Below, in pieces: positions 9,750 to 20,000 of a stretch of DNA of 20,000 nt. This DNA comes from Catajapyx aquilonaris (lineage: Eukaryota). The position numbers were made by a program, and so were the translations under genes. The notes under the pieces were generated by a model, which did not search any database, was not told where the DNA came from, and was given only the letters and a program-made list of their open reading frames with translations. The number at the start of each line of letters is the position of its first letter. The first letter of the stretch is position 1. The DNA is taken from positions 52,156-72,155 of the forward strand of contig JYFJ02001725.1 in NCBI GenBank assembly GCA_000934665.2, given 5' to 3'.

Positions 9750-9931
9750 CTAACCCTGTCCTATACAAAACTTGAGTAGGTCCACATCAGAATACAACAT
9801 AAAGCTTTTGAGAGTCTCAGGAACTTCCAACTGATCCAAAGCACTCCTAACCAGTTGGCCTGGATGGAGAGATTGTGACAATGCATGCCGAATGCGTCCC
9901 CTGCACAGGTGCTTCAGGGATGGGACAGAAT
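9750..9931 (-). CDS. Ankyrin/SOCS-box protein, terminal exon encoding SOCS box
   Basis: Acceptor tttctttggcag| at 9932, phase 1. SVPSLKHLCRGRIRHAL...LDQLEVPETLKSFMLY is a canonical SOCS box (BC box plus cullin box). Stop at 9752-9750; AATAAA at 9697-9692. Confidence 0.9.
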
Positions 9932-10056
9932 CTGCCAAAGAAACAAAATCAGCACATTTAGAAACCGGCCTAAATAAACACCACAGGCTAGTCCTTCATT
10001 ACACGTATTTTTCATGCTGATAGTACTGTAGCTTCACTATAATGTATGAGCAATGG

Positions 10057-10408
10057 GGGAGGCGTGGTGGGACTGGTGGCTGAGCCGGTAACGACTAGGC
10101 CTGTTGAGTGAAAGGTCCTGGGCTTGATCCCTGCCCGGGAGTTCCCTTTCACCTGTGTCACGAGGGTGTCTGACCCGCGCCATGGAGGAGTCTGGCAACC
10201 TAACCTCCAGGGAGACTTCACATGACCCCTTTACCGACATTACACTTGCACCCGTGTCTCTTCCCTAAAAAATCCCTATCCCTACCTCATGTCCATTCTT
10301 CCCTGCATGGTGATTGAAGAAAATAACAAAAAATTGGCATTGAAAAATGGTGGTGTTCCACCCTTCTACAAGGTATCACAGGGTATTTAAAAAATTTAAA
10401 TTAACAAA
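10057..10408 (+). mobile_element. tRNA-derived SINE (third family)
   Basis: 16-bp TSD aatgtatgagcaatgg (10041-10056 and 10409-10424). A-box-like tggctgagccgg, degenerate B box ggcttgatccc, A/T-rich tail. Confidence 0.8.
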
Positions 10409-10969
10409 AATGTATGAGCAATGGATTTCTAGAGCCACTAATTCATAGTTAGCTACTACATTCATAAATAAGACAAAGAACTGACACAACTACTGCACAA
10501 AGACATCTTCAGTTAGAAATGTATGTGAAGCAAATTGCATGTGCAAGTAATATTATTGAAGGAGGATGAGTTATTTCTCCCATCAAACATTGTGCATAAT
10601 CTCTTTCCTCCTGATCTGTTGGGAAGTAATAATAGTCTTGCACTAGATCAGCAGCTCTAGAATGACCAAAACATGCAGGGTATTATAAGTTGTAGCTGAC
10701 ATTACTAACACAATGTCTATACACTAGGTTTCTTCCATGACAGAAGCAAAATGCTCTTTCCTCCTATGTGACATAGGTTCCATTCCTTCTGACAGAAATT
10801 CAATGAAAACATGAGGGGTACTCACATTCCTACCTAGGCAGGATGCACTGGATGTCGAAGTTTCACTCAAAAGCCCAGAGCTACTATTGTTGCCCAACAA
10901 TTAATAACAGTGCTGACCATGAGGATATCTGGTCTAAGCCTATCAGTCTAATCATCCTGGATATAATAT

Positions 10970-11323
10970 TTAATAATAATAATCCAGGTAGTGCTTTCAC
11001 CCCTCTTGGGGTATATCGTACATACCTTTATTATTATTCTGTGTACAGTGTATAGTACAAATGGAACCTTTATGTGAAGCGCCCTGGTCCAAGGGCAGGA
11101 TGACTGGAAGTGGAGGTGCAATGTGCAGTGCAATATCTCATGTAGTCATTTTGTGCAGTCCACTGGACGTTACTCAAGCGGAAATCCCACCCGAGATGAA
11201 GCCAGGGATGGCCACGAACTCTGCACGAGATGAAGGGGGAGAATGCCCGGGCTTGGGATCGAACCCGGGACCCTTATATCCGTGGGCGCATACGTTACCA
11301 CAGCACCACTCAGCCTCCCCTTG
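10970..11323 (-). mobile_element. tRNA-derived SINE, full length, (ATT)n tail
   Basis: 17-bp TSD catcctggatataatat (10953-10969 and 11324-11340). Minus-strand A box tggtgctgtgg and B box ggttcgatccc. A second copy lies at 2821-3074. Confidence 0.9.
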
Positions 11324-12718
11324 CATCCTGGATATAATATCGATTGGATTATCACTATGGCCACCTATATGAAATTAAATAAGTAAACAACCAGTTACCC
11401 AAGTGGGTAAGCTATGTAGGGCATAGCTATAGCAGGGCATAGCAGGGCATAGCAAGCCTCAGGCTCGCTTAGGGGGACACATGCACACCGTACAAAATTT
11501 TACAGTTTTGCGAATACATTTTCCAAGTAGTTGACCCTCTTACACATTTGGAATTTACCAGTTACATGCATCACAAAAAACCACGTTTGTATATCGTCAC
11601 CTCACAAATTATCCTGACAACCCTGGCGAGATAGTGTATATAACCCTTTATTGAATGGTTTAGTACTCACATAGTTGCAATATTTTTGCAGCACTCAAAA
11701 AAAATAGTAAAGTTGTAGGAGTGATATTAATGAATAACAACTTCACACCAAAATTAATCATTTTAATTAGTGGAGGTGCTTTTTAATGTCAAAATAATGC
11801 CAGAAAAATTCATCTACACGGGGTTCCAGAAATAATTTTTTAAGAACTGTTTGGCTCGCATAGCATCTATAGGCCCAAAAAGTTTACAAAATCAATATAC
11901 ATACCCAATACTCAATAGTATCAATATACTGTTATTATGGTTGCATAATAATACCACAACACTGTAATATGAGAATCTCCCAAGGGCCCAGACTTTACGG
12001 CTACCCGTACTCAGGGCGGTTTTTTACATGAAAGATGACACGGCAGCCGCGTGGCCTTGTCATGTTCAACTCAGCTTGGCTCCCACCCAGTGGATTGTGG
12101 CAGTCTCATCGTAGTTAATCACCATCCAAGAGATGGCAGGAGTATATTGAACCAAATTTGGAACCACAGTTCGAATTATCTGTGCACATTTTAGCATGCC
12201 AAATTCAAACATTCGCAGACCATCATATGATGGACGTCGGCCTCAACAGGTTAAAGGACCCAAAGGTGGGTTTGGAACCCATCCTCTGTAGATATGGGGA
12301 GAAAACCATACATTCCCAATGTTCCAATTTGAACTGATGTCACTTCTTTTACGGAAGTGACCATTTGTTATCGTCATTTGTTCAGTAATCACAACATTGG
12401 TGATTAAATATCTGAATCACACTGGGTATAGGCTACCTGGCATACTTGGCCATACCATTCCTAGCGTTTAACGGTATAACAGCATGAGTACCCCCTAGTG
12501 AAAATCTTACCAAATTGTCAGGAGTGTCAAGGCGTTTCTGCATGAAACAAGTTTCCACTATATGTAAGGTCTGCTATAGACAGGTTTCATAGTACAAGAG
12601 TTGTAGGCAGCCACCAGGCAAACCTTTGTCACTTTTGCTTTTTTCCATGCCTGCCTAAACTTTTCATCAAGTGTTGATCATAAACCCCAAATGTAGTAAA
12701 CAAAATAAATGTTCTCAC

Positions 12719-12939
12719 CCATGCGCTCATGCATATCCTCCCATTCAGGGACCTCTTGTATCACTGCCTCCACTGCTCCTTGGAACCTCCTGACACGATC
12801 CTTGCCCAGACAATTCCCTCCTAATTCCACTGCTACACTGCGAGTGGCCTTCATGTAGGCTGCAAACACCCTGCGCAGTTCCTGCCTCACCACCCTCACG
12901 CCACCACCATCATCGTTGCCCATCAGTATAGCTGTCCAC
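12719..12939 (-). CDS. Ankyrin/SOCS-box protein, internal exon
   Basis: ttttaacag| acceptor (12940), atg g|gtgaga donor (12718); 221 nt, phase 2 in and 1 out; open frame that joins the SOCS exon in frame. Confidence 0.8.
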
Positions 12940-13037
12940 CTGTTAAAATTGTGCATTTGTGCTTAGCAAGTGTGGAATGCAGAGAGAGCTGCTATTACGA
13001 GTACCGATATCTACATTATCTAGTTATCAATACACAC

Positions 13038-13302
13038 CTGTCAAGAAGCTGCTCTGGGGTAGTCCTAGAAAGTGTCAGGAGGAAGGCCAGGGTTCGGGGG
13101 TCACTAATGCTGGAAGCAACAAGAGAATCTGCTACCCCAAAGGTGTTGCAGCTGGAAGTGTAATCTGGGTCTAGACCTCGAGACTCCAGCAGGCGGAGGA
13201 TGGACAGGTGAAGGGAATCTGTAAGCCTCCTGCTGGCAAAATGATGCAAGAACAAGGACAGAGGAGGGGAAACATTCATGCGGGTTGGGTTTATCTGCAT
13301 AC
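13038..13302 (-). CDS. Ankyrin/SOCS-box protein, internal exon
   Basis: tacttcag| acceptor (13303), gac ag|gtgtgt donor (13037); 265 nt, phase 1 in and 2 out. Degenerate ankyrin-like segment PPLSLFLHH...ILRLLESRGLD. Flanking introns are 69 and 98 bp. Confidence 0.8.
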
Positions 13303-13371
13303 CTGAAGTACAGAATAGATATACATTTCATTATTGTCATGACACACGTCTATTCTAGTTAAACATCATAC

Positions 13372-13628
13372 CTGCATCCAAGTATGACTTGAGTGCATCA
13401 AGCTGTTCCTGTTGATCATGGGACCAGAGAAGAAGGGTGATCGGCATAGCATAACGATACTCTGCCACCTTGAACTTCCTTGCCTCAAACAGTGACTCAA
13501 ATGGGGTCATTTCATCATTGCTCAATTGCATCATGCATACATCTGAATGAGGCAGCTCATTAATGACTTGGTAGCATTCAGTAGCAAGGTTGAATCCATT
13601 TTTCATCATGATGGGGAGTACTTCTTGG
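13372..13628 (-). CDS. Ankyrin/SOCS-box protein, internal exon
   Basis: tttttaatttacag| acceptor (13629), gca g|gtatga donor (13371); 257 nt, phase 2 in and 1 out. Completes an ankyrin repeat (QEVLPIMMKNGFN). Confidence 0.8.
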
Positions 13629-13748
13629 CTGTAAATTAAAAACTGGTGTCAGGAAATTCAAGCAAGTTGGACATTTCAACACAGGGCAAAAAATTACTTT
13701 GTAATATTAAAGGTAAATATGAAAATAAAATGAGACACTACATTTGTG

Positions 13749-14139
13749 GAGTCGCCGGTCAGAACGTCACATATCCACGGAGACAAATTTTCCGCCAGGG
13801 CGTGATTTCTGCAATAGCTACCAGGAGCCTCACATATGCTTGGACATGGTTACACAGTTGCAGTGCCAATAGAGAATGACAAGAATCAAGCCATGGGCGC
13901 TGCCATGTTGACACGCATGATTGGCCATTTGGGATATGTGTCACTATGCCCCACAGCAGTAAGAGAAAGCATGACATTTTGCTCCACCACTCATTTTTCA
14001 TGCTGAAGACAAAATGGTTTCTGTGTCGCTTTGAAACACGGGAGTTTCTGTAACTATGCTTTTGAAGGTGAACAATATTTTAGTACCAAAATCTCATTTT
14101 CGCCCACGGATGGACATGTGACGTTTTGTCCGGCGACTC
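13749..14139. mobile_element. Mutator-like (MULE) MITE, 391 bp
   Basis: GAG...CTC termini, imperfect TIR of about 29 bp (gagtcgccggWcaRaacgtcacatRtcca). 10-bp flanking duplication tacatttgtg/tacatttgca (13739-13748 and 14140-14149). Confidence 0.7.
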
Positions 14140-14165
14140 TACATTTGCAACATGTGAAACAAGTG

Positions 14166-15377
14166 CCAAGGGGGTGCGGGTGGATTATAGTCCGGACGTT
14201 AAGGGATGAATAATGGGTCAACCGTGCATTTGGTGAAAAAAGCATGAAATTTGGTACAAATGTCCCTGAGAGCATACTCTTCAAATTCAGATATGGCGCC
14301 ACGCCCATTTTCGCCCAGGAGGCGGGTTGGCTACACTGAAGCGAGTGACAAGTCTTTTTCCGAGTGAACTATGCTTCTTAGGCGGATATGTGCCAAACAA
14401 ATGTTGTGGGGAAACATGTATCCTACAAAAAGTATATAGTAACTTTTCCACGTACGGTCCGTATTTTCGGAGCTACAGCGACTTGAACCAAATTAAGGGA
14501 CGAAAAAAAAGTCAACCGTGCATTGGTGATGGTAGGAATGTCCCTGAGACCATGCTCATCCAATCCAGATATGGCGCCACGGCCGTTTTCAGCCAGGTGG
14601 CCCGTAATTGCGGGTTGGCTACCTTGAAGCGAGTTAAAAGTCTTTTCTGAGCGAACTATGCTTCTCAGGAGGAAATGTGCCAAACAAAGGTTGTAGGGAA
14701 ACATGTATCCTACAAAAAGTATATATAGTAACTTTTCCATGTAGAGTCCTTATTTTCAGAGCTGCAGTGACTTGAAAAATACTTTACACTCTCGCTGAAG
14801 GGTAGCCAACCGGCAATTACGGGCCTCCGGGGCGAAAACGGGGGTGGCGCCACATCTGGATTGGAAGAGTATGGTCTCGTCTCAGGGACATTCTTACCAA
14901 ATTTCATGCTTTCATCACCAAAGTGCATGGTTGACCCTTAATTCCCGCAATTCCATGACTATGGGTTCAAGTCACTGTAGCTCTGAAAATAAGGACTCTA
15001 CGTGGAAAAGGTACTTATACATTTTTGTAGAGTACATGTTTCTGTACAACCTTTGTTTGGCACATTTCCTCATGAGAAAGAGTTTTAACTCGCTTCAAGG
15101 TAGCCAACCGGCAATTACGGGCCTCCTGGGCGAAAACGGGGGTGGCGCCATATCTGAATTTGAAGAGTATGCTCTCAGGGACATTTGTACCAAATTTCAT
15201 GCTTTTTTCACCAAATGCACGGTTGAATCCCTTAACGTCCGGACTATTAATCAAATGTTGTAAGTCAAATTTTCATTGTAACGGTCTTAACCATAGTTAC
15301 TAATAATTAACTAACTATGGTTACGACGGGTTATGATGAAAATTTGATTTATGACATTTGATGAATCCACCCCCTGG
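14166..15377. mobile_element. Small palindromic MITE (about 150 bp) split by the 14188-15246 insertion
   Basis: Joining 14166-14187 to 15250-15377 gives gggtggattaatcaaatg...aaccatagtta / taactatggtt...catttgatgaatccacccc, an imperfect hairpin. Confidence 0.7.
14188..15246. mobile_element. Non-autonomous modular foldback DNA transposon, TAG...CTA termini, 3-bp TTA TSD (Academ-like)
   Basis: Perfect 20-bp TIR tagtccggacgttaagggat; TTA at 14185-14187 and 15247-15249. Interior built of about 270-bp units: two forward (14217-14489, 14511-14776) and two inverted (14790-14937 partial, 14963-15226). Superfamily inferred from termini and TSD only. Confidence 0.8.
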
Positions 15378-15655
15378 TGTTGTCAGACCACAAGTGTCAA
15401 GTTCATATTAAAACTATAAATAAATCTCATAATCTTGATGGCAAGAATCCATTCCGGTTGTTGATTTACATGTATAAGAATTATTACTGGGGGATACATC
15501 ATTTTCTTTTTCCAAATATCAATTCTTTTCCAGCTCAGATATTTTATACCACATCCGAATTTAAAATAGTGACTTTAATGGCAGTGAGGAATCGCAACAG
15601 ATAGGCATCCATTATGAGTCCAAAGAATTAGCACGAGTGAATCTACGACTTTTCA

Positions 15656-16122
15656 CTGGTGTGCAACTGGTTGCTGGTCAATTTGCAAAAGAGTCAATTC
15701 ACTGAAGTTGCCGAGCTTCACTGAGTTTGGTAGTTTTTGGAACACCTGTTGCCAAGGGAGACACATCCTATGTCTGCCTATGTGCATAAACAAATCAATT
15801 GAACACAAAAGCACAATTACATCTCAGTGTGAGCTTGGGGCTCAACAAAGCCACAATTACATTGGTCTGAAGTGCCACAAGACAGACAGTTAATGTTACA
15901 GATACAAAACCCACAATAAGCACACAGCATAAGCTCGCAATTTACTAAAATGATCAGACAGTGCAATGGACTGTGCCCGGCAGGGCCACAAGATAGACAA
16001 TACTGGTGCAGTCACCCCATAGCCACACAGATGACATCAACACAATGGGCACACAACATGAAGGGACTGCAGTGAATTGATTCAGTAGCGAATTGACCTG
16101 CAACTAGTTGTTTGGATACCAG
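15656..16122. mobile_element. Degenerate TIR element
   Basis: caactggttgctggtcaattt...gtcaattcactg (15664-15704) is an inverted match to cagtgaattga...aattgacctgcaactagttg (16070-16110). Internal gccacaa repeats; no TSD found. Confidence 0.5.
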
Positions 16123-17864
16123 CACATACTGTATAGTCCCTTATTGACTCCATGGCTGAACTTGAAGGGCACCATTTTCCAGAGTTAAAAATATGAATGG
16201 ACTCCTAGCCAGTGAGTATAACCAATTGGATGCCAATCTACCCCTCTAATAGAGAAGACCCTCGGATGGGTATTGGTACTAGCTAAAAAGAAAGTGCATT
16301 CATGGTGAAAACTATGCAGCATAGAAAAAGTCTTACATTATGCTCCCAACCTACTTTTATAGAGCTAAGGTTTTAAAAAGCAGACTTCTCAATTTGTTGC
16401 TATGATTAGCATAGTCTGCAAAATATAATTGTCCAATATTATTTTGTTCAAGCACAATTTTCTTGTGAGTGTGTGACAGACTGACATACTGCAATGGTGG
16501 CTACAGCACTTTCAATTGCAATATAATCTGCATCTAGAAATAATTTTAGATTGTGGACTTCAGTAAAGCAAAGTTTTATACAAGCATGTTTTTTTTTATT
16601 ATTATTTTAATAGGCAGGCTTACTTTATGATACTCACGTGTATATCAGATGCTATTTAATATAGTATTTAAGGTCTATTTATGTTTACTGTTATGCCGTA
16701 TGCTGCATGACAAACCTTGTGTGGGTCACAACTCCTGTCACCAAAATAATATGGCTGCTCTTACCCAAATATATCACTAATTGTTGGGGTCAAAATATTT
16801 GGACATGTGACTGAGCATGTGGCCAATGGAATGCCGCACACATTTTTCTGGTTACATTTTAGAGGAAAAAACCAATTCCAAAGACGCATTCTCCTCGTCT
16901 TTCTCTTTCATTTGATGTAGATGTTGATTGGGTTTTGACAATTTCCACTAAGCAAAAAAATATCAAATAGGGGCCTAATTTTCAGCCCCTTCCCAAATTT
17001 CGCGATTTCTTTTCTTCCCACGGTATTGCTTAATATGGCTGAAACTTGACACTTAGGGTTACGTCATGTGTATGTGTACAGCTGTGATTTCTTTCGGCAA
17101 AATCCGGATGATCTAACAACATCGATTCGGAAAGACCGGCTATATTTCGAGGACTTTGGTTTTCTGACTGCCCCAAGCTAAAAAAAAACAACATAAAAAT
17201 TTGTATTTCAACTATGGCTGTCCCCATAGGCTTTTCTGCCTAGTGGCAAATCCAGCACTGGGAATCCCCAGCGAATATGTTGAATTTTTCAATGATTTCG
17301 CCTTTATTTCCTTATTATATATTGTAGGCTATTTAAAAAATATTTATTGCAACTCGCAGCCACCCCTAGGCAATTGCCTACTCTGCCTAATGGTAAATCT
17401 GGCACTGCTCCCAGTGGCGTAATATGTTATTTATTATTAATTCTTCGTTAATTTTTTTTGTATATCTAAATTTGCAGCCCCTTTGCATCTTCCACCCTAG
17501 GCAACTGCCTAGGTTGCCTTACTGCATATATTGTGCTGGTTGTTGGGATAAGTTTGCAGGATATTTAAAATGGGGGTAACGCATTTAAAAATTCCAGGGC
17601 CAATTACTATCGAACTGTCCCCATTGCAACAGTTGAGCGTTCAATCCCATAAAAAATAATCATTTATTAGCTGCAATCCAAGCTGCCAAGGGCTTGTAAA
17701 TACACCCTAGGTCCACACTTTGAACCCCTTTAGCCTTTCTCATGTCCATCACAACATGCTACAAAATTTTCTCTGCAGAACCTTCCTCGAAAAAGATGGA
17801 TAATCAAAAAGGGGCCCTACAATACTGGATACATGAACACCTGAGACTCCTTTTGGTTACTTGC

Positions 17865-18020
17865 CTGTTATTCTTGGTGGTCATCGTCCAGTGTAGGGGT
17901 AAATATTTCCATAATTCCTCCAGCACACTGCAATCTGCTCCGGCTTCCACAAAAGTTTCGACAACTTCATAGTGGCCAGCCCTCACTGCCTTCATGACAG
18001 GAGTCATGCCAGGAATATTC
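17865..18020 (-). CDS. Ankyrin/SOCS-box protein, ankyrin-repeat exon (most 5' exon visible)
   Basis: GMTPVMKAVRAGHYEVVETFVEAGAD is a consensus ankyrin repeat, followed by LPLHW. Weak acceptor aaatgcag| at 18021; probable donor ag|gcaagt at 17864, phase 2. Confidence 0.8.
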
Positions 18021-18527
18021 CTGCATTTCCAGCAAGTGTATGTTACTTTATATCAGTAACTGTAATTCCTCACAAGAGGATGATCTATATCTGAAGGAGG
18101 TCTTCCAGAATTGATTTTGCAGTGTAGTCTACCACAATAATTTTTCTTGGAAGTTGTTCCTAATAATATTTGATAAAAATTAAACTCATTTTAAAAATAA
18201 CTGTTCACTGAATAGTGAAAGCCTGGGCTTCAATGTTGAGAATATGCAATTCTTTCCCATTAGAATGGCCACAGAAGGTGATACAAACCTGGCATCACTT
18301 TCATTTTCATTTTTAAGACAATTGCAGATGATATCTAAAACATTTTGCATAGCATATAATGTTATACCCCCAGTCTTTTGGGAAAACGGCGTGAAGGATG
18401 ACGATGATGATATTCAAAAAAAATAATTGCAAATCAATTAAAAATGTGAAGATGCACGATTTCCCACTGTAATACCCCTATGAGGAGTTGCCACCATGTT
18501 CAACCACCTTTTATTTTATTAAATATA

Positions 18528-19077
18528 CAGGGTGTTTCAGAGTCATGGGTCAAGTGTGCGAGGGGGTGGGGAAAAATCGTAGGTGGCGACTACCTGGGTT
18601 GGTTTTATAAAACAATTAGAAATACGGCAGTAATCAATTTATTTATTACGGCCGTATGGCGTGACGTCACATCCTTTCTGTATTCGAATTGACCCGCGGG
18701 GAGTGGCAAATACAAGGCAATTGCATTGGGTTGAACGGGTTTTTAACCTTGCAGGTTGCACTGAAAAAGGCGCTCTCATGCTACACCAGCAGGGTACTGT
18801 ACATCGTATAGTGTACTACTGTACAGTGGTGTGTTCAGTACCCTGCCGGTGTAGCATGAGAGCGCCTTTTTCAGTGCAACCCGCAAGGCTAAAAAACCGT
18901 TCAACCCAATGAAATTACCTTGCATTTGCCACTCCCCGCGGGGCAATTCGAATACAGAAAGGATTGATTACTGCCGTATTTCTAATTGTTTTATAAAACC
19001 GACCCGAGTAGTCGCCACCTACGATTTTTTCCCCCACCCCCTCGTGCGCGCTTGACCCGTGACTCTGAAACACCCTG
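18528..19077. mobile_element. Tc1/mariner-type foldback MITE, 550 bp, nearly fully palindromic
   Basis: TA|CAGGGTGTTTCAGAGTCA...TGACTCTGAAACACCCTG|TA. Arms pair to a centre near 18805-18830; about 30 bp extra in the left arm near 18638-18670. Confidence 0.9.
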
Positions 19078-19298
19078 TAGTTAAAATAAACAACATTCCA
19101 CTCACAAAAAATTGATCATCACAATCTAGCATTGCCATAAAAATTGCAATTATAATCCTGCTGGGTTCCCAGCACCTCCCATGGCCATTTCCACTGCAAA
19201 AAAATTGCAAATTCTTAACTTTCAAGCCTAGGTTTTCATTACTCAGAGAACAGATGTTGAAAAAGTGACTTCCACTTTTTCACATACTGGTGCAGTAA

Positions 19299-19434
19299 AG
19301 GTGCGTTTACATGTGAGCAATTTGATCGCGCGAAGTCTTTGCCGAACCATAATATCGCTGCGTAACCCGAGTAACCAGTGTTGTTTGAGGTGAAAATCGA
19401 TTGTTACTTTCACCTCAAACAATATTGGTTACTC
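19299..19434. mobile_element. Left part of a Harbinger-like palindromic MITE, interrupted by the next repeat
   Basis: taa|aggtgcgtttacatg terminus; central hairpin gagtaaccagtgttgtttgaggtgaaaa / ttttcacctcaaacaatattggttactc (19369-19434). Right TIR not in the window. Confidence 0.5.
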
Positions 19435-19435
19435 T

Positions 19436-20000
19436 GGGGTAATTCCATGTGAGATCACCCAAAAAAAACTAAGATTCACCCCCTCTATTTTTTAATAAAA
19501 CTGAAAATTGGAATATAAACTTACACCATAACAATGAAATATAACATATACATTCTTGAATCTTGGGGTCAATAGTTCACAAGTTACAAGCAAATGAAAA
19601 ATTCCAAAAACCGAATACACATGTTTCAAAATGGATTTATTTCTGAGTAGTTATTTATCTTACCTTAACTATTTTAGTATCACATTTTTAGGAAAGGGAA
19701 CTACTTTGCAATCTATATTTAAAATTTTTAAAAAGCTATGTTTCAAAACATTTTTATGGTGGTCAAAATCCATGACCTTTGACATTTCAAAAAATGTATT
19801 TTTGAAAATTACGTAAAAATGTACAATGACACTACAGACATATATCTAACTTGCCTATAAATTTAAACGAACAATTTTGCTTCGTTTTTGAGAAAAAAAA
19901 AAAAATCGATAATGATGTACTGCCAGGCTACCGACTGACCTCCAGTATTGAGTGCTTCTGCTTCTGCATGTCACTTACCCATAACTGTTCAAATACTTCT
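19436..20000 (+). repeat. Dispersed repeat copy 2 (same family as 6058-6620), runs off window
   Basis: Begins ggggtaattccatgt and is colinear with 6058 onward. Confidence 0.75.

Noticed and set aside
11394..12255. Possible TTAA-ended element with short gcagggcata tandem repeat
   Set aside because: The right end (…aacagg TTAA) has no matching left TIR; boundaries unsupported.
14217..15226. CRISPR-like array or repeated-domain protein
   Set aside because: Units are about 270 bp, in both orientations, without spacers or a continuous ORF; eukaryotic context with no cas genes.
17225..17525. Repeated ccctaggcaaYtgccta / aaatcYRgcactg motifs
   Set aside because: They look like decayed hAT-type MITE ends, but no pairing or TSD can be established.
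19106..19193. Candidate upstream ASB exon (ttttttgcag acceptor, gtgagt donor)
   Set aside because: The only open frame ends in phase 0, incompatible with the phase-2 acceptor at 18020, and shows no ankyrin similarity; a non-coding exon cannot be excluded.

Overview
Eukaryotic (animal, probably invertebrate) genomic DNA, AT-rich and crowded with repeats; it is not a prokaryotic locus. Two spliced protein-coding genes can be reconstructed, both on the minus strand. (1) NSMCE1/Nse1, the SMC5/6 subunit: coding exons 5189-5075 and 1312-831; the last RING exon lies outside the window. (2) An ankyrin-repeat/SOCS-box (ASB-like) gene: exons 18020-17865, 13628-13372, 13302-13038, 12939-12719 and 9931-9750, all phase-compatible and probably using a GC-AG intron; its 5' end is probably off-window. 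Introns and the intergenic region hold an RTE-type LINE 3' relic inside an (AAT)n tract, four tRNA-derived SINEs (three with clear TSDs, one with a V-domain-like core), and about ten non-autonomous TIR/foldback elements with TA, TTA, TTAA, 8-bp and 10-bp TSDs, often nested. Most ORFs in the track are spurious products of these repeats. I found no convincing new multi-gene system. The best leads are the long intronic foldback hairpins, the nested-MITE structures, the GC-AG splice site and an unassigned degenerate reading frame at about 7.5-8.1 kb.
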